Source: Dimorphilus gyrociliatus
Lineage: Eukaryota; Animalia; Annelida
Assembly: GCA_904063045.1 (NCBI GenBank)
Contig: CAJFCJ010000005.1
Location: forward strand, 2,908,165-2,972,164
Length of the DNA: 64,000 nucleotides
Direction of reading: 5' to 3'
How positions within the stretch are numbered: position 1 is the first letter of the stretch; each line of letters begins with the position of its first letter. A model generated the notes under the pieces. The model made no database searches. It had not been told where the DNA came from and saw only the letters and a list, made by a program, of their open reading frames with translations. Positions 11,451-24,031 of this stretch are shown in pieces. A program made the translations under genes and the position numbers.

Positions 11451-14400
11451 CTATACTAATATCTCAAGTAAAACAAGCATTGAAATAACAGAAAGAATTG
11501 AGGATGTTAGATATCTTGCCGAGCTACATTTATAGACATATCTTTTATAAGGTACTTTTATAATTCTGTTACAATCGTTTGTTAAATGAATTTGAGTTGC
11601 TGGACTACTCATTGTTCCTTGGCCTCCTCTTGAATAGCCGTAAACTCTTATATAATATTCTCTATCGGTTGGCAAGTCCTCCAGGATAATATGCGTTCTT
11701 CTTTCCGAGTCGTATTCGGCTGCTTCGTATAAAGTTTCACCTAAACGCCATACCTTTACCATATAACCTTGGAGGGGTTCTTCACTTTGACCAGTTGATA
11801 CACCACGCCAATTTAGAGAAACGCCCCCGTCTTTTACTCCCAGTATAGTAACTTCTGTAGGCATATTCATTGGAGCTTTTCTTAACGTTCTTTGAAAAAT
11901 TGGGTTTGTTTTTGGACCGAATCCAGCTCCATTGAATACTTGAAGAGATACGGAATACATAACATTAGGATAGAGACCTATAACAAGAGCTTTTTCAATG
12001 TTTCCACTAGCCAACATATGCTGGCCTTCTTCTTCTGTGTCAATATTAGTTCTCCAATAGTTGATACGATATCCTCCCAATTTCCCTCGCACATTTTTCC
12101 GTGTGTCGTTGACGGAAACCCATTCAACGAGTAAAGCTGTGGCGTTCCATTGATAAGGTCTAACTTCCGAAGGCATAGCAGGTGGTAGATCAGCTGCACT
12201 ATATATAAGCGTGTGATTTGTTGGTGGACCAAGTCCAACAACATTCTTTGATCGAACTTTAACTTCGTATGGCATATAAAAGTTCTTCGATCCGACAGTA
12301 TATGAAAAATAGCTTGTAGCTTCATTACCAGCAATTCTCTCTTCCCAATCAATTGTGTCTTTCTTTCGCCAATAAACAACATAGCCGGCTTTTTCACCAT
12401 GCAATTTATCATAGGGAACCGGCGTCCATGTAATTCTTAGTTCGCCAACTTTACCGCCACCACCACCAACATTTGTCGGATTTGCGCTTGGTCTATCGGC
12501 TTTAGTAGTTATAATTTTACTTTCTTCACTAGGCTTTGATCTTCCTATTGAGTTAATAGCTCGTACACGGAATTTATAAGTAGTGAAAGGCGATAAATCT
12601 TCTATAGTTGCTTCATAAGTAGCTACTTCTCCATTTATCGCAATTGTTTTCAGAGAACTCTCATCAAAAACACCAACAACTGTAAAATTTGATTCTGCTC
12701 TGAAAATACCTGATCCAATTTTTCTCATAACTATGGCTTCAACAACGTATTCTCTGATTGGTTCTCCATTAGAATTTCCTGGAAAAAATTGTACTTTGGC
12801 CGACTTCTTCCCGATATCGTCCTCAAGAGCCGTGATTCCTGCAGGCGGGCTAGGAGGTCCCTTTACTGTTAAAGTTGCTTCGTGGGAAACCAAGTCACTA
12901 GTTGTTCGACCAACGCACTTATAACGTCCACTGTGAAATAATTGAGCATTTCTTATTACCAAAGAACCCTTTCTTGTACCAGTTCCTCTAAAGAAGTATG
13001 GGTCTTTTCTACTGATAACAATAGAACCTATGTAATAGACGTCGATGAAATCAATTTTTCTACCATTCTGATACCAATCATATTGTACGTCTAAAACCGG
13101 ACTGTGAGAAGTTTCACACTCTAGTAAAACTGTTCGATTTACTCTTACAGTAGTTACACTTGGGAAATGGCTTAGAACAGTTTCCTTCACGACAGATAGC
13201 TCACCAGATGTTTCCGCCACTCCTAATGCATTCTCAGCTACGCATTTATATGTCCCTTGTTCCGCCTTTGTAACTTTAGTTAACACCAGATTTCCGTTCT
13301 TCAAAACCCTCTTGTTAAGTGAATTAGTGATGACACGATTATTAAAATACCAAGTTTTAGTCGGACTTGGAGCGGCTTCCGGCTTACATGGTAAGGTTAT
13401 GTTTCCTCTCAGAGCAGTATACATTGTAGGCCTTAAATGACTTTTTCTGAACGTTGGAGCAAGGGAAATAACTCTCAACTGTCCAGATGAATATACCTTT
13501 CCGTGCTCATTCTTTGCAGCGCATTGATACATTCCAGCATCGTCGTCTTCAATATTATTAAGTGTCAACAATGATTTATCCACCTTTATTCTTGGATTAT
13601 CCCCGTTCTTAATTACTTTTCCATTCTTTATCCATTCTACCTCTGGCGGAGGCAAGCCGTCGGCTATGCATAGCCAAGTAAATGAATTTCCTTTGTCAAT
13701 ATGTTGCGATTGAACAGGAACAGTAAAGAACGGTTTAGTATCAACATTTAGCGAGAAAGTAGTAGTCTTTCCTATGCCTTGTTCTCTCGATACAGAACAA
13801 ATGTAAATTCCAGAATCGGATATTGTTATACTTTTAAAAAAAAGAACGCGATTATGATCTTGTAGTTGAGCGGATTTCGGTAAAGCTTGCCCATCTTGCC
13901 GTCGCCAGGAGTAAGTCAGGACGTCTGTGCCTCTTGCTAAACATTCCACGTATACGTCGTTACCTTGGAGAGGTACTTTTGGAAAACTACGAGGAAATCC
14001 CTCAAAAAATTGAGGATCCGCCCTTTGAGCTGATCCACTATTAACTCTGATTGGTATTTCGCGAGAAATTTTGCCACCACTTGCCGAAATAGTTGCAGCG
14101 GGATTAACACTTGTTACGACGCAAACATAGTCTCCTTCATCATCCTTTGATATTGATTGAAAGTATAAATAACCATTTCTACTGATGAATATGTACGGTT
14201 TGAATTTACTCTTGACAAAATTTCGAAAATTTTGTTTGTACCAAGCATACAAAAGTCGACCGCTATACTGTTGAGTACTACAGGCTAATGTAGCACTAGC
14301 ATATTCATCGAAATTAACAGTTGCACTAGGAGAATTGGGAAAATCAACTAAACTTGTAAATGATAGTGTAGCAGTTTGACTATAAATTGATCCTAATTTG

Positions 14401-15325
14401 TTTGTAACTTTACAAGTATATTGGCCACTATCTTCATTTTCTGCCGGTTTGCTTATTACAAGATTTCCACCAATAATTGCTAGCTTATCTTTTCTTACTA
14501 AATCGATTTCTTCCAATATTTCTACAGAGCCAACAAGCTTTAGTTTAAACCAAGAATATTTTGGAGAAGGAATTCCCGTCGCAACGCAATGCATTATTAT
14601 TTTTTCAGGTTTGAATTCTGAATCGACTATCTGATCTACAGGCTGTTGAATGAAATTTGGGCCTCTTTCTTCAGTTAGACCACTTTCAGAACCGTAGGAA
14701 AAATCTCTCTCCTCCTTTAAAATCATATAGGCGTCCGTGACACGGACGCGGCAAATGAAAGAAAACTCTTGACCATTGTTGGGCAATAAAGACAATTTCC
14801 AGATTCCTCCAAACGTTTTTAGCACAACAATATCATCGTCAAGTAGATTTCTTTTTTTCGACTTCTCGTCGAAGTTGTCTAAATTCTCTATTTTAGACCC
14901 ATCATGCCAATATAAACCTCCATCCATGAAGCCTCCAGTCAGCCATACTTGACTACTTTCCGACTTGAGTTTAAGTTGTTTCGAAATATACTCATATTCG
15001 TTGTGGTGGACGGAAATAAGGAAGCCACCGTTTTCCTGGAAAATTTTATACTTGTTAGAATTATCACTTATATAGGTGTATGACTAAGATATTTCATACT
15101 TCGCAAACGGATTTAGCCTCATCAACTTTCAAGGGTGAATATTGAAAATAAAAACAATTCTCTCTTTCAATTACCCATGGTCTAGGGCATGCTAAAAACA
15201 GAAATGTTTTAATTTTGGTCTGAAAATGCTAAAAATGTCCACTTTATATACTTACTGAATAATTGACCTAAAATGGTGTAAAAGAGATAAAATAAAGTTA
15301 AAATAAGGAGCCAAGTTTTCTTCAT
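11451..15325 (-). CDS. Cont: Contactin (signal peptide, C-type lectin domain, 6 Ig, 4 FnIII, GPI signal), invertebrate type
   Basis: Exon 15325-15256 is a signal peptide (MKKTWLLILTLFYLFYTILG). Exon 15191-15100 gives CPRPW...NCFYF...DEAKSVC, the start of a CTLD. Exon 15035-11451 carries six Ig C...C domains, four FnIII repeats and a hydrophobic C-terminal GPI signal. Confidence 0.92.
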
Positions 15326-15675
15326 GGCGATGCCCTTTATCAAGTACCGATCTTCAATTACTTATCATGGAGATAATATTTGATAAGGTTAGTGAGTAGT
15401 TAAACCAGGTGAACACACCAGGTATTACCTTTAATATCCGCCAATCAGCATACAAGGTAAAGGATTTAACAAACAACGCCATCTGGCGTTCATTTATTGA
15501 AAATATGAATATAGTATTTCCGGTTCCGTTTCGTTTTTTATGTGTTTTTTTTTGCGAAACCACCAAGTTATAAATACTCACTTTAACTAAGATTTGCAGT
15601 TGAATTACAATGAAAAGGACAAGCTAATTGTTTGACAATTTATTTGCTGTCTACTACAGAATATTTAGAAGAAAA

Positions 15676-18333
15676 ATGTCAGACGATTATGTTTCAATCG
15701 GGACAGCATTGCCGGCTGTAAATGATGATGAATTTATTCCAAAGCCAGTTAGATATCAAGAGATGGTCGCCAAAGATGAAAAAGGGCGCCGGAGATTTCA
15801 CGGAGCTTTCACCGGCGGCTTTTCTGCTGGCTATTTTAACTCTGTAGGAACAAAAGAAGGTTGGGCTCCTTCTCACTTTAGCTCTTCGAGGGAGAAGCGA
15901 GGCGAACTTCCAGCAGCTAGACCCGAAAGTTTTATGGATGAAGAAGATTTTGGAGAACACGGAATTGCTCCAAGAAAACTAGCTGTAACTAAGAAATTTG
16001 ATACTAAGAAGCGCAAATCCGAACCAGTATCGGCAAATAAAACTGATTCTCTTCTGCATGATTTAATTGTTCCTGCTCAATCATCAATTGGCGCTAAACT
16101 GTTACAAAAGCTCGGTTGGAGGGAAGGTCAAGGTATAGGACCGCGAATAAGAAAAAAAGTAAAGAAAACTAATAAAATCTACGGCTGTTCAATGAACCCT
16201 CAGAGTGACTCTGATGATGACTATCCAAGCAATGTGACTTTTGCGCCAAAAGACATTCCTCCTATTAAATTACAACCAAAAGATGATGTAAAAGGTTTAG
16301 GATACAAAGGAGTGGAACAAAGCAATCGTTTTGAACTTTTTCCCGTTCCATCAAAGGAGGGAACGTCCAGATCATCTAAGAAAGGTATGTTAGGTTCTGC
16401 GTTTGGTGTTGGAGCGCTCGAAGAAGATGACGATCAACCTGTATATGATTTCGATACTCTTGAAAATTATAATAGCCAAATTGGATCCGATAATGAAGAA
16501 GAAGAACCACGAATTCCTACATTGAAACCGGATGCTGCTGCCCCAATGGATTTTATTGGAATTATGTTAGAGGGATTTTCATTGTCAACAATAAATGAAA
16601 CCCAAGTCAAAACATATCCACCTCCAGAAATTCCAAAAGGTTACAGACCTCGCCAACACATTGTTGAAGTCAAACAAGAGCCTGCCGAAAGAGTTGAAGA
16701 GGGGGAAAAGTCTTTGGAAGGGAAACCTGCAGAGAAGACTAAAATAACATCTTTAAATGCTCATAGTAGAGGGCATTTGCTTGGTGAAAAACCAGAAATT
16801 AAGTCAGTTTTTGATATTATACCTGATAAAGATAAAGCAAAATTGAGCGAAGCGATAAAGAAGGTTAAAAATCAAGGGGAAACTATTGAGAACAAATCAC
16901 GTTTTGATATAAAAACTCTTTCTAATCGTTTTGTTAGTTCGTCTCAGAAAGATGATGATGAAGATATAAGCAAAAAAGCTTCTAAAGAAACTTCATCTAT
17001 ATCGAATAGATTTGTTACTCCAGCAAAAACTGCTGAAGTAAAGGAAGAAAAAGTTAAAGATAAAGAAGAGGAGGCAAAGGCGAAAGTAGGTGTAGCTTCT
17101 GTGACAGAGCAAAGAAATTATGGTATAGCTTTGTGTGGCGTAAGTTCTTTTAAACCGTTTTCTAGTGATCCGGAGAAACAAGCTAGATATGAAAGATTTA
17201 AAAAAGCAATTAATGAAGGTGTAGCATATACAGTTGATTCATCAAGTCGAATGACAGAATGGGAAATTGACAGGGAAAAAGAAGAGTTTTCTCGAGCAAA
17301 CCGACTTTATGTACCTATGTCGCGGATGATGTCGTCCAGGTTCACAACAGCACAGTATGCTGATGACGAAACAGATGTCAAATTGCCAGATGCTAATGAA
17401 CAGACAGACGAAGAAAAGGCGGTTAAAATGAAAATGTTTGGTAGATTTACAAGAAAAACATTTGAATGGCATCCTGATCGATTATTATGTAAAAGATTTA
17501 ATGTACCAAATCCTTATCCAGACTCCGATATCGTTGGTCTTCCTAATGTAAAAAGAGATAAATATTCTGTGTTTAATTTACTTTCGTTTCATGAAGGAGA
17601 ATCTCCTGCAACCGTTAAAAGTGAAAGGAATGTGGAACAGCAAGAAGTTAAAAAGGAGAAGGTAGAAGAAAGAGGAGAAAAAAGTAAAGTTTTACCTTTA
17701 ACTCTTGCTGTTGATGTCTTTGAGAAAGACAAAGAAAGACGAGCAAAACAGAAGGAGGTTAATATTGCAAAGAACCTCGAAGAAATTTCTAATATATCTG
17801 CAAGTGATAAAAATAAATCTGAGGAGATGGAAACTGGACATGATAGCGTTAAGGATGAAGATGATGATATTGAACCACTTCCTCCCCGTCCCCCTATGGA
17901 TCTCTTTGCATCAATCTTTGGAGATGATGATGACAAAGAAGACGCCCCTGATGAATCGTCAATCACTCATACTGTTGACGAAGTTATGGAAACCTTTGAT
18001 ATTCCTGACATCCAAAAATCAAATAAAAATGATACCAGTAATGAAGTGACTAAGGGTGATAGAACAAGAATGATGGAAAAGAGTGCATTTTCAAAATTTC
18101 TTATAAATTCAAAACCAGCAGAGGACAGAAAGATCCCGGAAGAAATTAAAATAGTTAAAGAGCCCGTTGTTTACGAAGGTCCTTCCAGGCCACCACCGTC
18201 TCATATATACAAAGCCCCTTCCCCTGAACGAAGAGCATATACTGACGGAGAAACTGAAAGTAAGAAACATAAGAAGAAAAAAGAGAAAAAAAGTAAACAT
18301 TCAAAAAAGAAAAAACATAAATCTAAACATTAG
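15676..18333 (+). CDS. GPATCH1: G-patch domain-containing protein 1, single exon
   Basis: Conserved RRRFHGAFTGGFSAGYFNSVG..EGW motif, G-patch SIGAKLLQKLGWREGQGIG, EWHPDRLLCKRFNVPNPY and a Lys-rich tail. First ATG is at 15676. Confidence 0.96.
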   Translation: MSDDYVSIGTALPAVNDDEFIPKPVRYQEMVAKDEKGRRRFHGAFTGGFSAGYFNSVGTKEGWAPSHFSSSREKRGELPAARPESFMDEEDFGEHGIAPRKLAVTKKFDTKKRKSEPVSANKTDSLLHDLIVPAQSSIGAKLLQKLGWREGQGIGPRIRKKVKKTNKIYGCSMNPQSDSDDDYPSNVTFAPKDIPPIKLQPKDDVKGLGYKGVEQSNRFELFPVPSKEGTSRSSKKGMLGSAFGVGALEEDDDQPVYDFDTLENYNSQIGSDNEEEEPRIPTLKPDAAAPMDFIGIMLEGFSLSTINETQVKTYPPPEIPKGYRPRQHIVEVKQEPAERVEEGEKSLEGKPAEKTKITSLNAHSRGHLLGEKPEIKSVFDIIPDKDKAKLSEAIKKVKNQGETIENKSRFDIKTLSNRFVSSSQKDDDEDISKKASKETSSISNRFVTPAKTAEVKEEKVKDKEEEAKAKVGVASVTEQRNYGIALCGVSSFKPFSSDPEKQARYERFKKAINEGVAYTVDSSSRMTEWEIDREKEEFSRANRLYVPMSRMMSSRFTTAQYADDETDVKLPDANEQTDEEKAVKMKMFGRFTRKTFEWHPDRLLCKRFNVPNPYPDSDIVGLPNVKRDKYSVFNLLSFHEGESPATVKSERNVEQQEVKKEKVEERGEKSKVLPLTLAVDVFEKDKERRAKQKEVNIAKNLEEISNISASDKNKSEEMETGHDSVKDEDDDIEPLPPRPPMDLFASIFGDDDDKEDAPDESSITHTVDEVMETFDIPDIQKSNKNDTSNEVTKGDRTRMMEKSAFSKFLINSKPAEDRKIPEEIKIVKEPVVYEGPSRPPPSHIYKAPSPERRAYTDGETESKKHKKKKEKKSKHSKKKKHKSKH

Positions 18334-18439
18334 ACTGAATTGTTAAAAACATTTCGTGTTATCTTGTTTATTGTTTTGTTTCTATAATTTATGGTTTTTA
18401 ATCTATTGAAATTCGTTCACAAATAAAATTATCAATAGC

Positions 18440-20917
18440 TTAAATAAATATTGCTTGATTCTTCGTATTTTGAGCTTTTTTAGAAAGTCTTTCCTTTAAG
18501 TACTTCACCACTTTTTCATGACCAAACCTGTTTGCATCGTCAAGAGGCGAAAAATTCCATCTATCCTTGGGAGATACGTCAACACCGCATGTTTCTATTA
18601 GGAATGTGACGCAATCTATGTGACCTTCAGCAGCTGATATATGTAAAGCTGTTCTTCCATCATAATCTGCTTGATTCATATCGATTCCTAATAGATATTG
18701 CCGTCTTAAAGCCGAAACATCTCCGTTGTAAGCTCCGAAGAGGAGGGTAACTATTTGTTGTCCTTTTCTTTCCATTTGTCTTCTTCGCGGATCAGTCTTT
18801 CGTACTGTGTGCTTAAGATTATCATAATTGTGAAAATTGAATGTCCTTATGAGTTCCTCGCTGAAAGAAATTCCTCGTATACTATTACCGTGACGATCTA
18901 ACAAAGGTGACCAAAGGGCCAAACCCATAACATTTGGTACAACAACTAAAATTAAACCTGAGACGCCTGACTTTGCAGGAAGTCCGACATTAAAGGCCCA
19001 CTGACCACTGTAGTCATACATGCCGCATGAATGCATTAGGGAAAGGGTATTTCTAACTGAAACTGCTGATAGAATCTTGTCCCCAGTGATAGGACAAATA
19101 CCGCCATTTGCTAAAGTAGCCGCAATAACGGACGCACTTTCGCATGTTACATCGCAGGAGCACAATTGAAAATAGAAGTCCAAAGTCTCACTAAGATTAA
19201 CTCCTTCCGGAAAACACTTGTTCTCCTTTAAATAGTAACCAAGAGCGTAGTTTCTGTCAGCAGATTCCCTTTCCGAAAGAAAGACGGCATTATTAAATCC
19301 AATATATTCACCACCAGCGATTCTTTCATATTGCTTCTTAATATAATCAAACCTATCGGCTAATTTTTCCTTATTTTTCAATAAAGAAGTAACAACTATT
19401 GCTCCCGCATTTATCATAGGATTATGAGGTTTATTGTTTAATCCTAGCTTTATTTCGTTAAAGCTTTCTCCGCTCGGTTCATGACCCGTATATTGGTGTA
19501 CAGCATCAGGACCAAGGTCGTTTATTGCAATAGCGTAATTAAGTGGCTTACTCACGGATTGAACGCAAAATGGAGAGCTTGTGTCTCCTATGGAATGCCT
19601 TTGTCCATCAACTGAGCATACAGTGACACCCCAATTTTCTGGTGATACTCTAGACAATTGAGGAATATAATCAGCAACTTTCCCGTCCATTCTATCCTTG
19701 AGTCGCCAATAAATATCATCTAACATTTGAGTAAACCTACCAAACTCTGGTATAACCAATTCAGTTGTGAATGCTTTTCTAATTAGTGTAATATTATCTC
19801 TTATACATTCAGTAAAAGTTTCTTTGTCAACAGTAACAGAATCATCTTCTCCACCTCTTTCTCTTAAGCTTGATTGAATATTGAATATCTTTGACATACA
19901 TTCTTTAAGTCGTGGGTCGCTAGTTCTCAAACCTAATTATGTATTTATTCAAATTTATATCATAAATATCTAAAATATAAACTTACCAGTTGCCTCTAAA
20001 CCCTGAAAAATTGTAAGTCAAAATTAGAAATAAGCTTCTTTTAATAAACTAATATTAGGCATAAAGAGATGGTGACAAACCTTGATAAATTTAGAAATGG
20101 GAACAAGTTGTTTATCATTTTTTAAGACTTCAAATAAATGATCCTCAAAAGTCCTATTGTAAGTGTTGGCAAGTCTAAATAGTAGATTTAAAAATTATAC
20201 AAATATAGAAATTCTATTGAAGAGAAATGACATCATAAACCATAAAGTATTATTATCCTCTTTCTCTTTTAGCATACTTTCTTTTTAATAAGCTTGGCAT
20301 TGTTTTTTATGTTTAAAAATTGAAATTTATTAAGTGAATTAGAACAGATTAAGAATAAATAGAATATGTACATTTTTGCCACTCGTTCGTACTTACTGAA
20401 TATCTTCGCATTGTTGCTCGTCAATAAGCCTACATATATTGCATCAATACATAATCTTTTAGGACAAAGGCTCACAGAAAGTACGTTGTAAAAATGAGTA
20501 AAAATATATAATTTGGTAAAAGATACGTTAAGATATTACGCATATTCCATGTATCTTATCTATCTTATTAATAATTTCCTTTACACTGTAGAAATACTGT
20601 TATGGTATAATATCTAGTTCAATTGAATAAATGTAATAACTACTTTGTACAAGGATTATTCATATAGCTATCATTTTATCTAAAATTTTATGCGTTTTGT
20701 TTACACTGATTATTTATATCTAACTGCTAAGAAGGAAATCCATGTATTTAAATACAAAATTTATCGGAAAATGAAAACCTTACTTGTCTTTCTTAGCTCC
20801 TTTGATTCCCAGTTGGTTTAGGCTTTCTTCAGTTGACATAGAAGAACTGAATGCACGTTTTTGAATATCTTTACATATAAGCCTACTCAAACGGGAGATA
20901 ACTAATTGTTTAATCAT
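18440..20917 (-). CDS. GLS: Glutaminase, kidney type, with mitochondrial presequence and C-terminal ankyrin repeats
   Basis: GKVADYIPQL, catalytic CVQSVSK, HNPMINAGA, PAKSGVSG and ankyrin DYDGRTALH. Upstream exons near 20917-20783, 20174-20081 and 20002-19987 give MIKQLVISRLSRLICKDIQKRAFSSS, a typical mitochondrial presequence. Confidence 0.96.
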
Positions 20918-21466
20918 CTTTATTCACAATCAAATGTTCTTTAGAAAAATTTCTTAACAAATTTCTCTTTTCTTCTTGGTTGTTGAGCAAATGGTTAAAT
21001 AGCTTTGATAAAAACAAAAATTTCTATCTAGAATAATTTATTAATAGCGAAATATTCTAGAATAGATTCTAAAGTAATTTAAAACCATTTGCACTTTTGT
21101 CTGGATAAGAGAGATAGTTAGTATTAAAAAACACGTTTTTAATCTAGATTGCTGAGAGGTCGCTGTATTACCAATTTTGCCCCATTTTCTTTTTTGGTGA
21201 AATGTAGTAAACTGGAAAAAACTGGTACACTTATTTTTGGTGGAAAATCCAATATGTTCAAAAACTAGTTGTTAATATTCCTGGTTTATGATAATAAAAT
21301 TTAGCTATACAAAGAAAAATTATATAAAATATGATGTATATTGAAGAAAATCAAACGAATATATAGACAAAAAAGAAGTATTGTTGAAAAAAATATATTT
21401 TATTATCATATTATCAAATTTATACACATTCTATATAAGAAAAAACGATAACTCTCTGGTAAGCTC

Positions 21467-22537
21467 TTAAATTTCATTATTCACAGTTGAAGTGGCATCG
21501 TTAGACGATTCAGTAGGACTTTCAGCTGAAATCAGAAATAATGAATTACAGATAAAAAAAATTAATTAATTAAAAGCTATATAGACGTATATATTACTTC
21601 GAAAAAGCGTAACTTTGCTATATATATCCGTGTATAGTTCAGTTATATTATATTGGATTGATTCTATCCGTTCGTTTAGCTTTTTGATCTATAAAATTGT
21701 TAAGTATCGGGTTAAGTATATCAAATAGTATACAAGTTTATAATTATTCCTTTACTTACATCTGCTGCAAAAGTCTTAGAATAATTAGCAATTTTTCCTT
21801 CAATAAGTGTATTTATAATAGTTTCGTTGAAAGCAACATTTGGTGTCATATCACCTCTTGTCTTATTAACAATATTTCCAATAAACTGGCTATCCTTTAA
21901 GAGATCAATCGTAATTTTCTCTATATCTATAGGTTTTGTCTTCTCTAACGAAGAATTGATGTGTTCAATTTGATTTTTAATATCCTTGACTGACTTCAAT
22001 AGACTTGTTGTAATATTTCGAGAATAGATTTTCAATTTTTGTTGCAAATTTGTATCATTAATTTGTAGTTTAATTTGGCTTTCAACGGCTTTAAGTCGCT
22101 TATTCATTTCTTCAGATTGTTGTGATGATTCAGACTCTTGATTAGACGACTGATCAATTCTCAATTTTTCTAGATTCTTGACTATATAATGAAAGAATGA
22201 ATTCATATTTTATAGCTATAACATATTTAGATAATTTTGCTAATTAAGGGAACTAAATTCTTATAAAGTTTTCAGTCTGGTAATCGGCCTGATAAAAAAT
22301 AATTGTTCCGGATTTTTTCAACGAACATTCTACATGTCTATTTTTCCTTTTTGAAATATAGTAGAATGATTATAACTTACGCTTCTTATCCGTAATAGTC
22401 TTATATTCTTCAAATTCGGACTTTATTCTTGTGACATAGATTATTGCAGTAATTGTAACGGCTACCAAAACTAAGTAGAGCAACACTGACACTACAGTAA
22501 AATTGTTGCATCGTTGGGAAGAATTAAAGTCGGACAT
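21467..22537 (-). CDS. Uncharacterised type II single-pass membrane protein with coiled-coil ectodomain (about 242 aa)
   Basis: Exons 22537-22381, 22181-21760, 21688-21598 and 21525-21467 join in frame over GT-AG introns. One N-terminal hydrophobic helix (TVVSVLLYLVLVAVTITAIIYV) is followed by heptad-like sequence with many NxS/T sites. No family recognised. Confidence 0.75.
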
Positions 22538-22842
22538 TTTATTCCTTCTTATAGAATAAACATAGTAGATATAAAAATAGATTTCCGGGAAAATGTTATG
22601 CAAAATAACAAGATAATACAAACTTTTTTTTCTTGTTATTCGGTGGACGCAATTTAAGAGGAGGTAATTCGAAGTTTTCCGGTTCGTCTGAATCCGAACT
22701 TATTTCTAAGAGGTTAAATCCTTGATGATTGTTTCGATTCATGACCGTCGAGATCAATCAGCAACCCTAATAAAGAGGGCAAGTGCGATATAATCAACTT
22801 TATGATATAGTATGACACGACCAAAGTTTGGGGATTACCTTA

Positions 22843-22850
22843 TGACGTCA
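22843..22850. promoter_or_regulatory. Palindromic CRE (TGACGTCA) in the divergent orphan/PFDN5 promoter
   Basis: Exact TGACGTCA followed by an Inr-like TCAGT, about 54 nt upstream of the PFDN5 ATG. Confidence 0.45.
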
Positions 22851-22903
22851 TTCAGTTTATCTTCTAATTTATAGAGGGCGTTAGGAAGAATATTTTCGTA
22901 AAA

Positions 22904-23796
22904 ATGGCCTCTGCTGGTAGCGGTGAAGTTATTGATATTAATATGCTGAATATACAGCAAGTTGAAAGTATTTTGCAATCACTAAATAATGTAAGTATTG
23001 CGTACTTTGTTCTAGGACCAAAATTTGACATTTAATAAGAATTTTCTTACAAAAAAAAAGTACCGTAAACATGAAAACCCCTATTATCGTTTCACGCTTT
23101 TTCTTTTCATAGGAAGTTGACTTTTTCACCTCTTCCATGGTAAAATTGAAGGAAGCTTATGATAAATTGAATTCATCTCTAGGTAACGTAGAAAGATTGA
23201 AGACTATGAAAGGGGGAATGGAAATGTTGGTTCCAGTTACGTCAGCCGTAAATATATTCTTTATTATTTACATAAGTAAATATAGAATAAGTTTTCACGT
23301 AAAATTATATAACTGATGATTCTATGTCTTAAGCAGTTTACGTTACTAAATTATTCAGAATTATTCAAATTGATTATCTAAGTTTTTGTAACAACCAATT
23401 AACACTTGCAGATGTATGTGGATGGTGAAATAGCCGATACCAAAAAAGTCATTGTAGAACTAGGAACTGGTTACTTTGTTGAAAAAGTATGTATTTAATA
23501 AATATATCAGTTTTTTGGAACATACTAATCGAATATCTAATGTTTTTTTCGTTGTATAGTCTATACCGGAAGCTGAAAAATTTTTTAAGAGAAAATTGGA
23601 TTTCCTAAAAAAAGAGATCGAGAAAATCGATGTCGTTAGAAATCAAAAGTTGGAACAAAAGCAAAGTAAGTAACAATGAAGAAATTATAAGTTTCTTTAA
23701 TTTACTTATATTACTTATTTAATTTCAGTAACTACGAATGTTTTTAAAAAGAAATTGATTGAACACCAATCTCAGATGGCTGCAGCCAAATCATAG
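22904..23796 (+). CDS. PFDN5: Prefoldin subunit 5
   Basis: Five exons give MASAGSGEVIDINMLNIQQV..., EMLVPVTSA|MYVDGEIADTKKVIVELGTGYFVEK and AEKFFKRKLDFL, the alpha-prefoldin signature. Confidence 0.95.
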
Positions 23797-23920
23797 AAGA
23801 CATTTGCTAAATTAAATTTTTTCACCGTTTTGTTTTTACTTAAAGAAACTGTCTATGTATATTAGATATCCATATAAGTTGTAAATTTCTTGATCTGAGC
23901 GCCATCTGTTAAGAGTGACT

Positions 23921-23934
23921 GTTGCTATGGTAAT
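23921..23934. promoter_or_regulatory. RFX X-box
   Basis: GTTGCTATGGTAAT matches the GTTGCC-AT-GGCAAC-type palindrome and lies about 100 bp upstream of the C7orf57-like ATG. Confidence 0.6.
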
Positions 23935-24031
23935 AAAACAAATATGGTGGTTTAAATAATACAAAACAAGAATCGACAAGCCTTCTAGTTGATATACTTC
24001 TTTTCGATCAAATTATACATTTAAATACAAA

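Noticed and set aside
15628-15675. TTG-start N-terminal extension of GPATCH1 in the ORF track
   Set aside because: Eukaryotic gene; homology begins at ATG 15676.
23305-23400. CTGATGA in PFDN5 intron 2 as a possible C/D snoRNA
   Set aside because: No downstream CTGA box D and no rRNA complementarity recognised.
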